Positions 51,414 through 64,000 of a stretch of DNA of 64,000 nt are shown here, in pieces. The notes under the pieces were generated by a model. That model made no database searches, was not told the origin of the DNA, and saw nothing but the letters and a program-made list of their open reading frames with translations. This DNA comes from Eledone cirrhosa. Lineage: Eukaryota. The translations under genes were made by a program, and so were the position numbers. The DNA lies in contig OZ024740.1 of assembly GCA_964016885.1 (NCBI GenBank), positions 143,902,001 to 143,966,000 on the forward strand. Reading direction: 5' to 3'. Position 1 is the stretch's first letter, and each line of letters opens with the position of its first letter.

Positions 51414-52547
51414 TCATCATCATAATCGTTTAACGTCTATCTTTCACGTTAGCATCGGTTAGACGGGAATTGTCCCACTTGAGGCAAGATTGGTTGGGTG
51501 ACCGTGTCTCGCCCGTATAGGACTATCTGGCAGGTTCTCTACGGCTGGATGCCCTTCCTAACACCAACCACATTTACAGTGTGGACTGGGAACTTTTTAC
51601 TGTGTTAGCTACATGGCCACATTACAGCGTAGACTGTGTTTTTATTTTGTCGTGACACCTACACGATCTCTATCTCATTAATTTGGACTGGATGTTATGG
51701 TACCAACTTTACAGAGAAAGGGTGGTGTCGGTGAGAATGGGAGGATGAAGTAGGGGTAATGGGTTGCGGTGTATACTTGTACATAGGCAAGGCGGGTCTT
51801 CTGTATTACTGCGTGGCGCCAAATATCTCGGTCCAGTGACATAGGCTTAGAGAGGTGCAAGTGTGTAAGGTCGGAATTTATCAAATTGTCCCAGCTTTTT
51901 CCGGGTCTACCTACTCCGTAACTTACATCAATTTTGATCGCCCTGCTCTTTTTTTATACAGCTGTCGTCTTTCATGCGCATCACATGACCATACCAACGT
52001 AGTCTTCTCTCAAGTAAACAGCATCTGATCCCTCTTATTCCTAATTTCTCACTTAATTCATTTGTTTTGCCGTTCGCGTATATTACTATTACACATCAAA
52101 TGGAGCAAGCATGCTTTGTTCCTTTCCAGTCTGCGTAGATCCTCTGCACACAATGTCCATGTCTCAATGCCATGTAACATTGCTGTTCGTATACAGGCAT
52201 CATACAGTCTGCCTTTCATTTTTAGAGAGAAACCTTTTGTGGCCAACAGCGGTATAAGCTCTCTGAACTTTTTCCATCCCGTTCTGACTCTAGCCACTGT
52301 ACTTTCAGAGCACCCTCCACCACAGCTGATTTTGTCACCCAGGTAACGGAAAGCGTCCACTATTTCTATAGAACCATCTGAGCAATAGAAGGAGCTAGTG
52401 TCCTGTGGACACTTGCTACTTATTGCACCTGAGCATCAGCCACATATAAAATCTACATTCTTTGATAGCTTGCCTGTGATTCCACTACATCTTTTATGTA
52501 TCCATAGTTTGCATTTGGGACATAAAATGGAATTTCTACCTACTCCG
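51414..52547 (-). mobile_element. RTE 3' fragment, tail-to-tail with the previous copy
   Basis: ORFs 52058-52360 and 51678-51884, with a (CAT)n tail at 51414. Confidence 0.9.
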
Positions 52548-52562
52548 TATGTATATTTATGT

Positions 52563-53201
52563 ATTGGTGTTAGGAAGGGCATCCAGCTGTAGAAAACCCG
52601 CCAGACAGTCCACGCTGTAATGTGGCCGTGTAGGCAACATGGTAAAAACCTCCCAGCCCCACACTGTAAATGTGGTTGGTGTTAGGAAGGGCATCCAGCT
52701 GTAGAAAACCCGCCAGACAGTGCTATGCGAGCAAGACAATCACTCTTGCCTCAAGTGGGAAAACCCCCGTCCAAACCCATGCAAGCGTGGAACATGGACG
52801 TTAAACGTTGATGATGATGATGATGTTACATGATACTGAGACCTGGGTACTGTGTGTAGGAGACTTGTGTAGATTAGAAAGAAACGAAGATTGCATGCTC
52901 CGATAGATGTGTAATAGTAATAAACGCGAACGGCAAAGTATAAACGAATTGAGAGAGGGACTGAGCATAAGAGGAATCAAATGCTATGTGCAGGATGACA
53001 TAAAGTGCAGAACACTAAAAGTCGATGGAAGCCTTGGAGTGGGGAGACCCATGAACACCTGGGAATAGGTGATAAAAGCTGACCTTGCCCAATTGCACCT
53101 CTCAAAGGCGATGGCAGCCGACCTAACATTGCCCACAACAGGACAACCTGTCTAACCCATACTAGTATGGACGAATGGATGTAAAACAATGATGATGATG
53201 A
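52563..53201 (+). mobile_element. Two stacked RTE 3' remnants, the first with an internal duplication of the UTR
   Basis: ttggtgttaggaagggcatccagctgtagaaaacccgccagacagt occurs twice, and there are two (GAT)n tails. Confidence 0.75.
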
Positions 53202-54991
53202 TATATATATATATATATATTTTTAATTGATATATTTTCATCATCATTGTTTAATGTCCATCTTCCACGCTTTCATATTTATTATTATTTCAATATTTTG
53301 ATGTTATAACTTTGCCATGACTTATTTCACTAACTTGTCATGTTGACCTTGCATTGTAAGCTAGTGTGACAGCAGGTCATATAAGATGGCAGGAACCCAA
53401 AATTAAAATGACTTCCCAGGGTAGATGTGGACCCCATACCTGAAACAAAGGTAGCATGCCTAGAAGAGCAGGGAGTGCACAGGGTAGACGTGGGCTCCGT
53501 AAGCCATAGTGAAGGCAACCTGTCTAGGAGAGTAGACACTCCAAATAAAAACTAACACAGGGTGAAGAGGATGCTTGAGTTCGGATATTTTCATGTCTTA
53601 AATAAGTTTGATTCAATTTATTATATAAGCCTCCTCTATAAATTTGTTACCTTCTGATCATGTGAGAAATTCTTTTACTTCTGAAAAAAAGAAAAGAAAA
53701 AAAAAGGAAAACGAACATATTTGGTATATAGTGATTTTATTTCAAAGTTATTTTATTTTATTTTCATTATTGAAAAAAAAAAATCCCCATATAAATAGAT
53801 GACTGAATGAAAGAGGTCTAGTGTGAAGACTTGGCGGCCCATTTCTCCAACATACCAAGAGAGAGAGGGGGGAGGGAGAGGGGGGCTCAATAATATACTA
53901 GTTTTTCTAGCATTAAAAAAAAAAAAAAATGAAACAAACACATACTCAGACAATTATTTTCATGAGGAAACTTTATGACTCCCTTCATCTCCTTTGCCTA
54001 ACTTCAAAGCTAAAAGTTGGCAAAGAGCCATGTGAGATTAAAATTAAAGGCAGATTAGTTAAGCAGGAAGGGTGGACTAAAAGTGAGTTTTCTTTTTATA
54101 AAAATCTATTTATTATCTTGTCAATTTATTAACTTTTGCATCAGCCATATATTGTCATTTGCAGTGATTGAAGCTAAATGTGACAAGTGGCTGTATAAAT
54201 AAGAGGATGTGAGTAAGTGAAAAACAAAAACCCAGCCCATGAAATGACAGGGTTGCAAGTCACATGCAAATATGCCATTACATTTGTGCATATGCATGCA
54301 CACACATAAACACACATTTACATGCTAGTAAAAGAAATGTTGGAAATAGAATAAGCAGAAGAGGTACAAAGCGGAAATTCAAGAAGTGAAGTCAGTAATG
54401 GTGAATAAGGAGAAAATAACAAGTAAGCTATTTTATTCAATACACTGCAGCCAATGACAGAAATGGAAAGGCAATAAAGCTGAGAACAAGGAAGTTGTTA
54501 AGAAAGAAGTCTTTAAGGGTATGACATGAAGTGAGGTGAAATATATGACTTTGAAGAAGGAGCAGAAAGCAGAGGCACTGCAGATATGAACAGTACTAAA
54601 ACTGCATTGCTACAGGTTGACAACTAAAATATCAACCAGTTTTCTGGAGGGCAGTTGCTTGAAGTAAAGAACTTACTAGAAAGAGCTACATTAAACGAAA
54701 GTTAATTACACACTAAGGTACACTAGGAATGAAGAATATTACTCTAAATCCTGCTAGATATTTTGAAATAGCTTCACAGTCAACCATCTTCCAAAGAACC
54801 ACAAGATACAATACATAACCAACGTTAAATTTGGTCACTTGTTTATATTACATGTTTTACTCTCCACACATTAAATAAAATAAAATAAATTAGGTAATAA
54901 TAATAATAATAATAATATGAAATCATGTTGATCAATAACAAAGTATACACGAAAATCAGATTGAAAATGTATGTATGTATGTATGTATGTA

Positions 54992-55041
<50 letters not shown>

Positions 55042-56279
55042 TGTATATATGTATGTATGTATATATATAATAGACATAACACACACACATGGCATTTGCA
55101 GGGGATTGGGAAAAAAGATTTAAGAAATAACTACACTGAAATCTAATGAATTTTGCCAAGAGATCGATACTAACAACAATATAGCAGAAGGAAGCTCAAG
55201 TTAGCACCATTTTCAAGGTAAACAGGGTAGATATACACTCAAACACTTTCATTCACTTTTGATATCAATTTAATACTTTGTCAAACCGTAGCACTGATAT
55301 GCAAGCAGCAATACTACTACAGTCAGAAGCAAAATCCAATCTTTCATAAACTGCTGACATGATGTAAAAAAATGTAAGAATCTAATTGTAGCAGATGGTT
55401 ATAATGACAGATAGGCCCACAGCAGTATTGTGCTGTATCAAAAACAAAAGTTCTGCAGAAAAACAAGAGTGTTACCAGAAAGAAAGAAAATCTACACAAA
55501 TAAAAAAAAATATTCCTGAGATTTCCAGACTTCCATAAAGTAAAACAAAAACAAAACTAAGACAAATTTAAAGTATTATTACAAAGAAAAAGAATATGTT
55601 GGAAAAATTCCAAAAATCTAAGACAAGTTATTAATAAAATACACAGCTTCAAAAAGAAACTTGAAACATTTGAAATAAAAGTTTTTCTAAAAATTAAATT
55701 AAAGAAATCATATTTAAAATTTTATAAAATAATTTTTCTAGTCCAGATTAAAAAAAAAAATATTTTCTTCCTTAAATCCACATATTTTCAATTTGTCTTG
55801 CAAGGAGGACATCATTGCCTATCCAAAGGAAGCCAATAATAGCCATTTAACTTCTACTTGGAAGACAAGTAGCAACAACAAAAAAATTAGGGTCAATACA
55901 AACAAGAAAAACAAAACACTGCTTTTATAATATTTTATAATATTCAAGGACTTATATTTAGCTTACTATACTAATTGTGACAATACACATTCCTAGGTAT
56001 GTAGTTCCAGCAGATCATGTTTTATTCTTTGAGTGAATGCATGATTCCTGAATAATTGAAGCTACCAATGCTTGCATTTACAGACATCTGCTTACCTACT
56101 TGGAACTAAAGGCAAATAAGTAACCTTTTAATTGCAAGTGTTTTCACTAATATCTACTAGATTGAATTACAAGTTGGGATGTTACTTATAGTGAATTTAA
56201 CACTGCAGTCTGTAATATTCAGATGACATCTCAAACAAATGCCAGCATTAATATATATATTTCCAGAGTATCTTTTTGT

Positions 56280-56523
56280 TTATAGAGAAATTTTAGAGCT
56301 GGTGACATTACATGTTCCCCGTGTGAGTCCATTGACAATTTTCTGCCAGAGTTCTTTGCGACATGACTTGGAGCGGCGTAGACTTTGGAGCAGCTCATTG
56401 AACTGCACAGGGCCCCCAGGGGACATGCAGAATGCTTTCTGTGCAGTACAGATGATGCCGACAAAATCATCATATTCAGATGATGTTATATGATGAATGC
56501 GATGATGCGCACAATGCATAAAC
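56280..56523 (-). CDS. ZSWIM8: ZSWIM8 (Dora/EBAX-1; substrate adaptor of a Cullin-RING ubiquitin ligase), last coding exon
   Basis: FMHCAHHRIHHITSSEYDDFVGIICTAQKAFCMSPGGPVQFNELLQSLRRSKSCRKELWQK resembles the ZSWIM8 C-terminus as I recall it (HHRLIHLTPADYDDFV...AFCLTPMG..QFNDILQNLKRSK..KELWQ). A polypyrimidine/AG acceptor lies at 56524-56525 and TAA at 56280-56282. Confidence 0.88.
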
Positions 56524-57699
56524 CTATATAAAAAGAAAAAAAAAAACAAGGAAAAATCAAATTAAAGACAGAATACACAAAGCATCAAATAAGATTTTAA
56601 ATTCATTTCAATACATGCTGTGTATATCCTGGTTTTTAAAAGATACACCATATCCCTGCATGTCGTAAGAGGAGATTAAAAGGGTTGGTGTCAGGAAGGG
56701 CATCGAGCTGTAAAACATTGTTTCAAGACATCCCATCCAACCCGTGCCAACATGGAAAAGTGAATGCATAAATGAATGATGATGGTATGGCATTTATTAA
56801 CTTATTTATTTTACATATTGAGTTGTTTTGCAAAATTTTATTCTCAAGTGGTTAAAAAAAAATCAACACAAAACAAAAAAAAAAGGGGGGGGGGGAGAAA
56901 ACAGATTCTCCATCATCTCTTAGCTAAACGTAGAAGTATTTAATTGATTTATATTCTATTGAATCTTAATCAATTTGTATCCTTTCAAAAGCAAAGCATC
57001 TCTGGACTTATCAAATTCAGATCTTCTGTAGTCTATCAGAATATAATGTGCAAGTATGCATGAAATCTGGTTTAGGGTTTAATCTCACTTATTGGCACTC
57101 TGAATAAGCATTTGCTACCCATAACCTTGAGTTAACCAAGAACTTATGAGTGGAATATACACACACACACACACACATGTAGGAATGTGTGTATATAACT
57201 TCCAGTAATGTATATTGACATGGGATATAATTATCGGTGAAAAACTAGTGCTTTATGAAGTGCCTTGAAATATTTCTTCTCCACAGAGTTACAGACACTC
57301 CCTTGTCACTCTCACTATCAGAAATATAGTGAAACCTGTAACCAACAACACTATTAATCATGTGTTGCATTATATAATAAAATAGTAATTACTAATTACT
57401 CTTTTGATGTTCTCATAAAACTTTTGATTCTATTTACTATTCTTATTTGATCACTTTAACTCTTAATGTCTGTACTGTATAAAACCACAACAGCAAGACA
57501 TTCTTGAAAATTACAAAACAGCACTATGCCTACATAATGTTAAAAATGGAAGTCTTTACTTTATTCTAATACAGCTTTGCAAATTTTCCCAATAAAGATA
57601 TTTTCTACTAAATCATCATAGTATGTTAAGAGTTAAATTATACACACTATCTGTTGAGGTATTACTTATTGAGACATTATCATTTTGCTATATAATATT

Positions 57700-58419
57700 A
57701 TCTATATCATGCTGGCATGGGTTGAATGAGATTTTTATGGCTTGGGGCATCGAAAACAACCATCCCAAATCACTTGCATGCAATAGGTGTCCAAGCCGAA
57801 CCAATAGGTGCTGCACAATCTGAATGACTGTAATTGTGAATATCGGGTAGCAGCGGCGACTTCTCTGCTGTCCTACCACTGCACAACCTGCTGGTTTCAT
57901 TCCATTGTCACTGGTGATGAAAAATGGTGTCTCTACATTAATGTCAAGAGCAAGCAATTGTGGGTTGATCGAACACCAGCATAATCTCTGACATCTGTTA
58001 CCAACAACTTGACAGATTAGTGGTGAAAATTGCACAGGTGCGCCCACACCATGGTTCTATTTGATTACTTCATGATAACAGTCAAGCCGCATACATCAAG
58101 GATAACTTGTGACAAGCTGCTGGAGCTAGGTTGGGAGGTTATGCTCCACCTGCCACACTTGCCCGACCTTGGGCCTACAAACTATGTTTTTCACTCAATG
58201 AGCAAAGCAATGCAGCAAAGACTTTTGCCAATGAAGACCAGTCAAATCTGTGGCTGACAGAATTCTTTGCATCGAGGTCAGAAGAATTCTACTGGGATGG
58301 AATCATATACTTTTTTAAACGATGGTGATTATTTTGACTTGTAAAATTTTCCTGATCTTAAAAAACGCTAAAGTAAAAAAAATTTGAAAAACAGCAAGAA
58401 CATTTTATCCAAATTAATA
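57700..58419 (+). mobile_element. Mariner transposon relic in a ZSWIM8 intron
   Basis: IVTGDEKWCLY, HDN, LGWEVMLHLPHLPDLGPTNY and WLTEFFASRSEEFY are mariner transposase motifs. Frameshifts are numerous. Confidence 0.8.
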
Positions 58420-58510
58420 GAAAACATTTGCCTAAGGTGAGACACAGTGGGATTAAATGTAAAACCATGAGATTGTGAAGCAAACTCCTTAACCACACAC
58501 CCATACCTGC
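58420..58510 (-). mobile_element. Old tRNA-derived SINE head fragment
   Basis: Minus strand reads gcaggtatgggtgtgtggttaaggagtttgc...cccactgtgtctcaccttaggcaaatg. Confidence 0.5.
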
Positions 58511-58705
58511 AGCAACAATGAATTTTAAAAAGTTTATGAATGTAATAATAATTTTAGATAAAATAAGGTAGGAGATATTTCTTGTGCCTTCTTAAATGCC
58601 TAATCTCTGCATTGATAGCGGACTTTTATCTTATTTTTGTAGTATATTTAAGTGAACATAACTTATGGAGATTACATTAGGGGATTACATAGCTGTTATA
58701 CTTAC

Positions 58706-58883
58706 ATCTGTATACACTTCTGCACCAGTGGGTTGAGAAAGTTTGAGCGCAGGCAGTTGTGCACTGGAGTCTGGTTATTGTGAGCCAGATAGTGCGCAGC
58801 TTCCCAGGCAATGTCGTAGAGAACGAATGGACTGACTACAGCGTTAACAGCACTGGCACAAAACTGCTGCAAATAACTGCTTC
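58706..58883 (-). CDS. ZSWIM8: ZSWIM8 penultimate coding exon
   Basis: (G)SSYLQQFCASAVNAVVSPFVLYDIAWEAAHYL...LVQKCIQM. The acceptor is ttctttacag and the donor is gtaagt. The split codon AT|G joins in frame to the last exon. Confidence 0.88.
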
Positions 58884-59199
58884 CTGTAAAGAACAAAAGT
58901 TGAATCAAATATAGATCTTAGTTATCAACAAAGGATAACAAATACATACATCCCTTTTAGTCAGTAACCAAGGTTAAATGTTTTAAAGTGATATGGTAAA
59001 GTGACTTAACCAATAATTTCACAAATAGCTTCCCATTTAATGTCTTTCAAGTTACTAATCTGTTGCCAAAACCATGAAGATTTTGTTTTGCAGCTTTTAT
59101 AGCCTAGAACAAGGATCAACACATTATGCCCTGCAAACTTCATTAATTACAAAGATTCTTTATTAACCTTACTATTAGAACTATTTTTACTATTCTCAG

Positions 59200-62075
59200 C
59201 GAAGAGTGAATGCAAGAATCATTAAACTCAGACTAGTCCTGAATAAAACAATTGCTCCCATCATATCAGCTTATGCACCGCAATCGGGGTTGCCAGATGA
59301 ACTTAAGGATAGGTTTTACGAGTCCTTAATGCACACTACTGCTCTAACAAACGACAATGATTTCTTAATCATTGCAGGAGACTTTAATGGACATGTTGGG
59401 AAATACTGTGACGGCTTCTATAGAGTCCATGGAGGCTACGGGTTTGGCACAATAAATGAAGAAGGCTTCAGGCTTCTAGAATTCTGCGACGCCAATGACA
59501 TGTCAATATGTAACACAAACTTCAAAAAAACCTGACAATCAACTGATCACCTATAGATCAGGGGAGCATTCTCATCAGATAAATTCTATTCTTATCAGAG
59601 GACGAGATAGATGGACGGTTGTAAACACAAAAGCCTTCCCTGGTGAGGAATGTACCTCCCAACATAACTTAGTTGTCAGCAACCTCATTGTCAGAACTAG
59701 AGTTACATGGAAACAGAAGGCAACCTGGAAAAGAAAGATCTGGAAGCTGAAAGGCCCCTCAGCCAGTAACAGATTTAAAGATATCTTACTCAACACCTAT
59801 GACAGTAAAGAAGAACAGATAGAGACATTCAATGTAGAAAAGCACTGGGAGTTCCTATAAAATAATTTACTAAAGGCGACAGATGAGATAATTAAGGCTA
59901 AAAGACAGTCATGGAAAGAATGGAAGAATGGGGGAAGTAGAGTACATTACATAGAGACAGGGAGGGAAGCTAGGCGACAAGTATACTTAGCTAGAAGGGA
60001 AGCGGAGGATAGAAAATTCAAGCATGTTTTGCAGCGTGAGGACCAGAAACAGGAAGTGTTCAGGATTGCGAGGCAGTATGTTAGAGAAAATTGGGGTGTC
60101 ATTGGAGAGAAGTGTGTCTGGAATGATAAAGGTGAGCTTGCCCTCACAAGTGCTGAGAAGAAAGATGCATGGAAGAGCCATTATGAAAGATTACTAAATG
60201 AGGAGAATGCATGGGAGAAAGAGACTCTACCTCAAGTGAACCCTATAGAGGGACCAGCAATACAAGTCAGCAGCAGCGTAGTAAGTAAGGCAATTAAAGA
60301 TATGAAGACTGGAAAGGCAACCGGTCCATCAGGTATAGCTGCCAAGATGCTGAAAGCATCTGGGTCGGTAGGTCACACCATAACCACACGTATTGTTAAC
60401 CAGGTAATACTAGAAGATATCATACCAAAGGATTGGCGCAGTAGCATCATTGTCAACTACTACAAGGGTAAAGGTGATGCACTAGATAGAGGAAACTATA
60501 GAGTTATAGAGCTGATGGACCAGGTCATGAAAGTAACGGAAAGAGTTATAACACAGTTGATAAGGGACCAGGTAAAACTAAATGAGATGCAGTTTGGGTT
60601 TGTGCCAGGAAAAAGTACCACTGATGCTCTCTTCCTTGTGAGGCAGTTACAGGAAAAGTACCTAGCTAAAAGTAAGCCGCTCTACCTGGCATTTGTCGAT
60701 CTGGAAAAAGCCTTCAACAGAGTGCCCCCTGCTATAATATGGTGGGCTCTTAGAAAACTAGGAGTAGATGAATGGCTTGTGAAAGCTGTACAAGCCATGT
60801 ATAGGGGAGCAGTCAGCAAAGTTAGGGTTAACAATGACTATAGACAGGAATTTAGCATACAGGTCGGTGTCCACCAGGGCTCTGTTCTTAGCTCTCTCCT
60901 GTTTATTATAGTATTGCAGGCTATAACAGAGGAGTTTAAGACCAGATGCCCATGGGAACTTCTGTATGTGGATGATCTTACACTTATAGCTGAATCTATG
61001 GCAGAACTAAAGAAGAAATCCCAAACATGGAAGCAGGGACTAGAAAGAAGGTGTCTCAAAGTCAACCTGACAAAGACTAAGGTCCTCGTAAGTAAACGAG
61101 AAAACAGAACCCAGACCCCCCAAGGGAAATGGCCTTGCTCAGTATGTAGGAAAGGTGTAGGTAGGAATTCCATCCTCTGCCCCAAATGCAAACTATGGGT
61201 ACACAAGAGATGTAGTGGGATCTCAGGAAGATTAATTGGGAATGTAGGCTTTACATGTAGCAGCTGCACAGGGATAGTAAGCAGCAAACGGCCACAGGAA
61301 ACAAGCACTACCAAACTCTGGGAAGGCTGTGGAAATAGTAGACAACTTCTGCTACCTAGGTGACTGAATTAGCAGTGGAGGTGGGTGTTCTGAAAGTACA
61401 GTAACCAGGGTAAGAACGGGATGGAAGAAGTTCAGGGCGCTACAACCACTGCTAGCTGCAAAAGGCTTTCCCCTCAAAATGAAAGGCAGCCTCTATGATG
61501 CGTGCATACAAACAGCAATGTTACATGGTATGGTCACATAATGCGCATGAGAGACGACAACTGTATAAAAAAGTGCAGGGCGATCAAAATTGACGGAAGT
61601 TACGGAGTAGGTAGATCCAGAAAAACCTGGGACGATTTGATAACTTCCGACCTTACACACTTACACCTAAGACAATGTCACTGGACCGAGATATTTGGCG
61701 CTACGCAGTAATACAGAAGACCCGCCTTGCCTAAGTACAAAGCGAAACCTACAGTCAGTAGGCACCTCTTAATCAAATATACACCCCCCTCCCACTACCC
61801 CAACTCCCCCACCCCCATCAACACCAGCCCTTTCTCTGTAAAGTTATGTTGGTACCCCAAACATCCAGTCCTAAATAAATGAGGTCGTGTAAAACGGTAA
61901 AAACCCCCCAGTCCACACTGTAAACATGGTTGGTGTTAGGAAGGGCATCCAGTCATAGAAAACCTGCCAGACAGTCCTATATGAGCGAGACGACCAATCT
62001 TGCCTCAAGTGGGACAATTCCCGTCTAAACCCATGCTAGCGTGGAAGATGGACGTTAAATGATGATGATGATGAT
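59200..62075 (+). mobile_element. RTE LINE (APE C-terminal half plus RT), antisense within an inferred ZSWIM8 intron
   Basis: ORFs 59206-59535, 59495-59860 and 60029-61363 (444 aa of RT with the PHD-like finger), followed by a (GAT)n tail. Confidence 0.92.
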
Positions 62076-62117
62076 ATATGCATGTGTATATATATATATA
62101 TATATATACATATATAA

Positions 62118-62952
62118 ATCATCATCATCATCGTTCACCGTCCATCTTCCACGCTAGCATGGGTTAGACGGTTTTGTTCCATTTGATGCGGGAATGGTCG
62201 GGAGACTGTGTCTCGCTCGCACAGAAGTGTCTGGCAGGTTTTTTACAGCTGGATGCCCTTCCTAACACCAACCACGTTTACAGTGTGGACTGGGAGCCTT
62301 TTCACTGGGTCTCCTACACGGCAACCTTACAGTGTGGACTGTTGTGTCATCGACACAGTGGATGGAATGGGAAAGGGAGGATGGGGTAGGATGTACATTG
62401 GGTTAAGAGGTGCCTACTGACTGTAGGTTAGTATGCAATGGCAGTCGGGTCTTCTGTACAACTGTATGGCGCCAAAAGTCTCGATCCAGTGTCATTGTCT
62501 TAGAGAGGTACAAGTAAGAAAGGTCAGTTTTTATCACCTCATCCATGATTTTTCTTGGTCTACCCACGCCGTAGTTTCCATCAACTTTCATTGCCCTGCA
62601 CTTTTTTAAACAGCTGTCGTCCTTCATACGCATCACATGTCCATACCAATGCAATCTCCTCTCCAGAACACAACATTTGATACCCCATATGCTTAGTCTC
62701 TCTCTTAATTCATTTACACTTCGCCTTTCGCACACATTACTATTACACATCCATCGGAGCATGCATGCTTCATTTCTTTCTAATCCACACAGGTCTTCAG
62801 CACACAACGCCCAAATCTGACAACCATGTAATATCGCCATTCGTATACATGTATCAACCAATCTGCCTTTAACTTTTAGAGAAAAACCCCTTGTGACCAA
62901 CAGCGGTATAAGCTCTCTGAACTTTTTCTATCCCGCTCTAACTCTGGCTACT
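62118..62952 (-). mobile_element. RTE 3' fragment, tail-to-tail with the previous copy
   Basis: ORF 62403-62900 and a (CAT)n tail at ~62119. Confidence 0.88.
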
Positions 62953-63219
62953 GCGCGCGCGCGTGCGTGTGTGTGTGTGTTTATACAAATATATACATAT
63001 ATATATATGCATATATATACATATATGCATATATATACATATATGCATATATATACACAAATATACACATATATATACATATATATACATACATATATAT
63101 ACACAAATATACATACATATATATACATATACATACATATATATACATATACATACATATATATACATATACATACATATATATACATATACATACATAT
63201 ATATACATATACATACATA

Positions 63220-63820
63220 TGGTGGCTGCCAACTCGTTTTCGAGTATGGCCACTACTTTATATCCATGTAGGAGAACCCCTACCGATGCGCTGAACGAGT
63301 GTGACTTTTGAGTCCATCCAGCGACTTGAAAACTCTGGTACAAACACTACACTTGTGACAATTATTGACACATAGTGCTGGGCCCATGGTACCATGTGAC
63401 AAGTGCAGAGAGATCTCCAGATATAAAGCAATGCCTGTGCCATGAAGCTTTTATAGTGAGCAAAGGCATTGCACAGAGCCAGTCCCACTCTCTTAACCAA
63501 GATGATATTTACCAAAAAGTAAAACAAGTCAACATCATTGGATACCATCAGGGTTGCAGGTGTTATATCAGAGTTTTCCTTCTCCTAGAATTCTGCCTTG
63601 ACAAAGGCTAATGGGTCATCTCTCCCGGTGATTTTGGATGGCCATTGACTCTTAAGAGCTCCTTTGCCAGGTTTTGTTTTTAGTCATGCAGGATGTCCAA
63701 AGTCACCCTCCTCACCAAGAAACCTTGGTGGGGTTGCCAGTTTAGTCGCCAACGACCCGACCATGAAACAGGTTGTACTGGGATACATGTTACCAGTAGC
63801 ACCAACTGGTGACCTGACAT
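63220..63820 (-). mobile_element. Non-autonomous RTE-type derivative, copy 3 (longest 5' end)
   Basis: Near identity with copies 1 and 2, extending further 5'. Confidence 0.7.
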
Positions 63821-64000
63821 ACATACATATACATACATATATATACATATACATACATATACATACATATACATACATACATATACATACATACATATAC
63901 ATACATACATATACATACATATATACATATATATACATACATATATATACATATATATATACATATATATATATGTGTGTGTGTGTGTGTATATATATAT

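Noticed and set aside
57700-58330. Domesticated SETMAR-like gene
   Set aside because: It has many frameshifts and deletions and no SET domain, so it is a decayed mariner.

Overview
This is an AT-rich, microsatellite-rich animal genomic window. The RTE and tRNA-SINE families look octopod/cephalopod-like, which is an inference. Most of the first 53 kb is a nested pile of transposons inserted in or next to (TA)n/(CATA)n tracts. These include Penelope-like elements (two Naiad-like GIY-YIG families arranged as inverted arm pairs, a Penelope/Poseidon-like relic and short pLTR-type derivatives), many of them carrying minimal hammerhead-ribozyme motifs. There are also RTE LINEs with a PHD-like finger inside the RT region, a three-copy non-autonomous RTE derivative, a CsRN1-like Gypsy element with a non-autonomous relative and a solo LTR, a second divergent Gypsy-like element, a CRE-like RLE LINE fragment, two Helitrons, SINEs and a mariner relic. 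The only host gene recognised is ZSWIM8 (Dora/EBAX-1), whose last two coding exons lie on the minus strand (58706-58883 and 56280-56523). The most notable observations are the hammerhead motifs across several PLE families, a repeated one-arm-with-tail/one-arm-without asymmetry in the inverted Naiad-like insertions, TG...AA LTR termini with a ~14-bp target duplication, and the 3-of-3 pairing of the non-autonomous RTE derivative with truncated RTEs. All calls were made by eye, without alignment or folding software.
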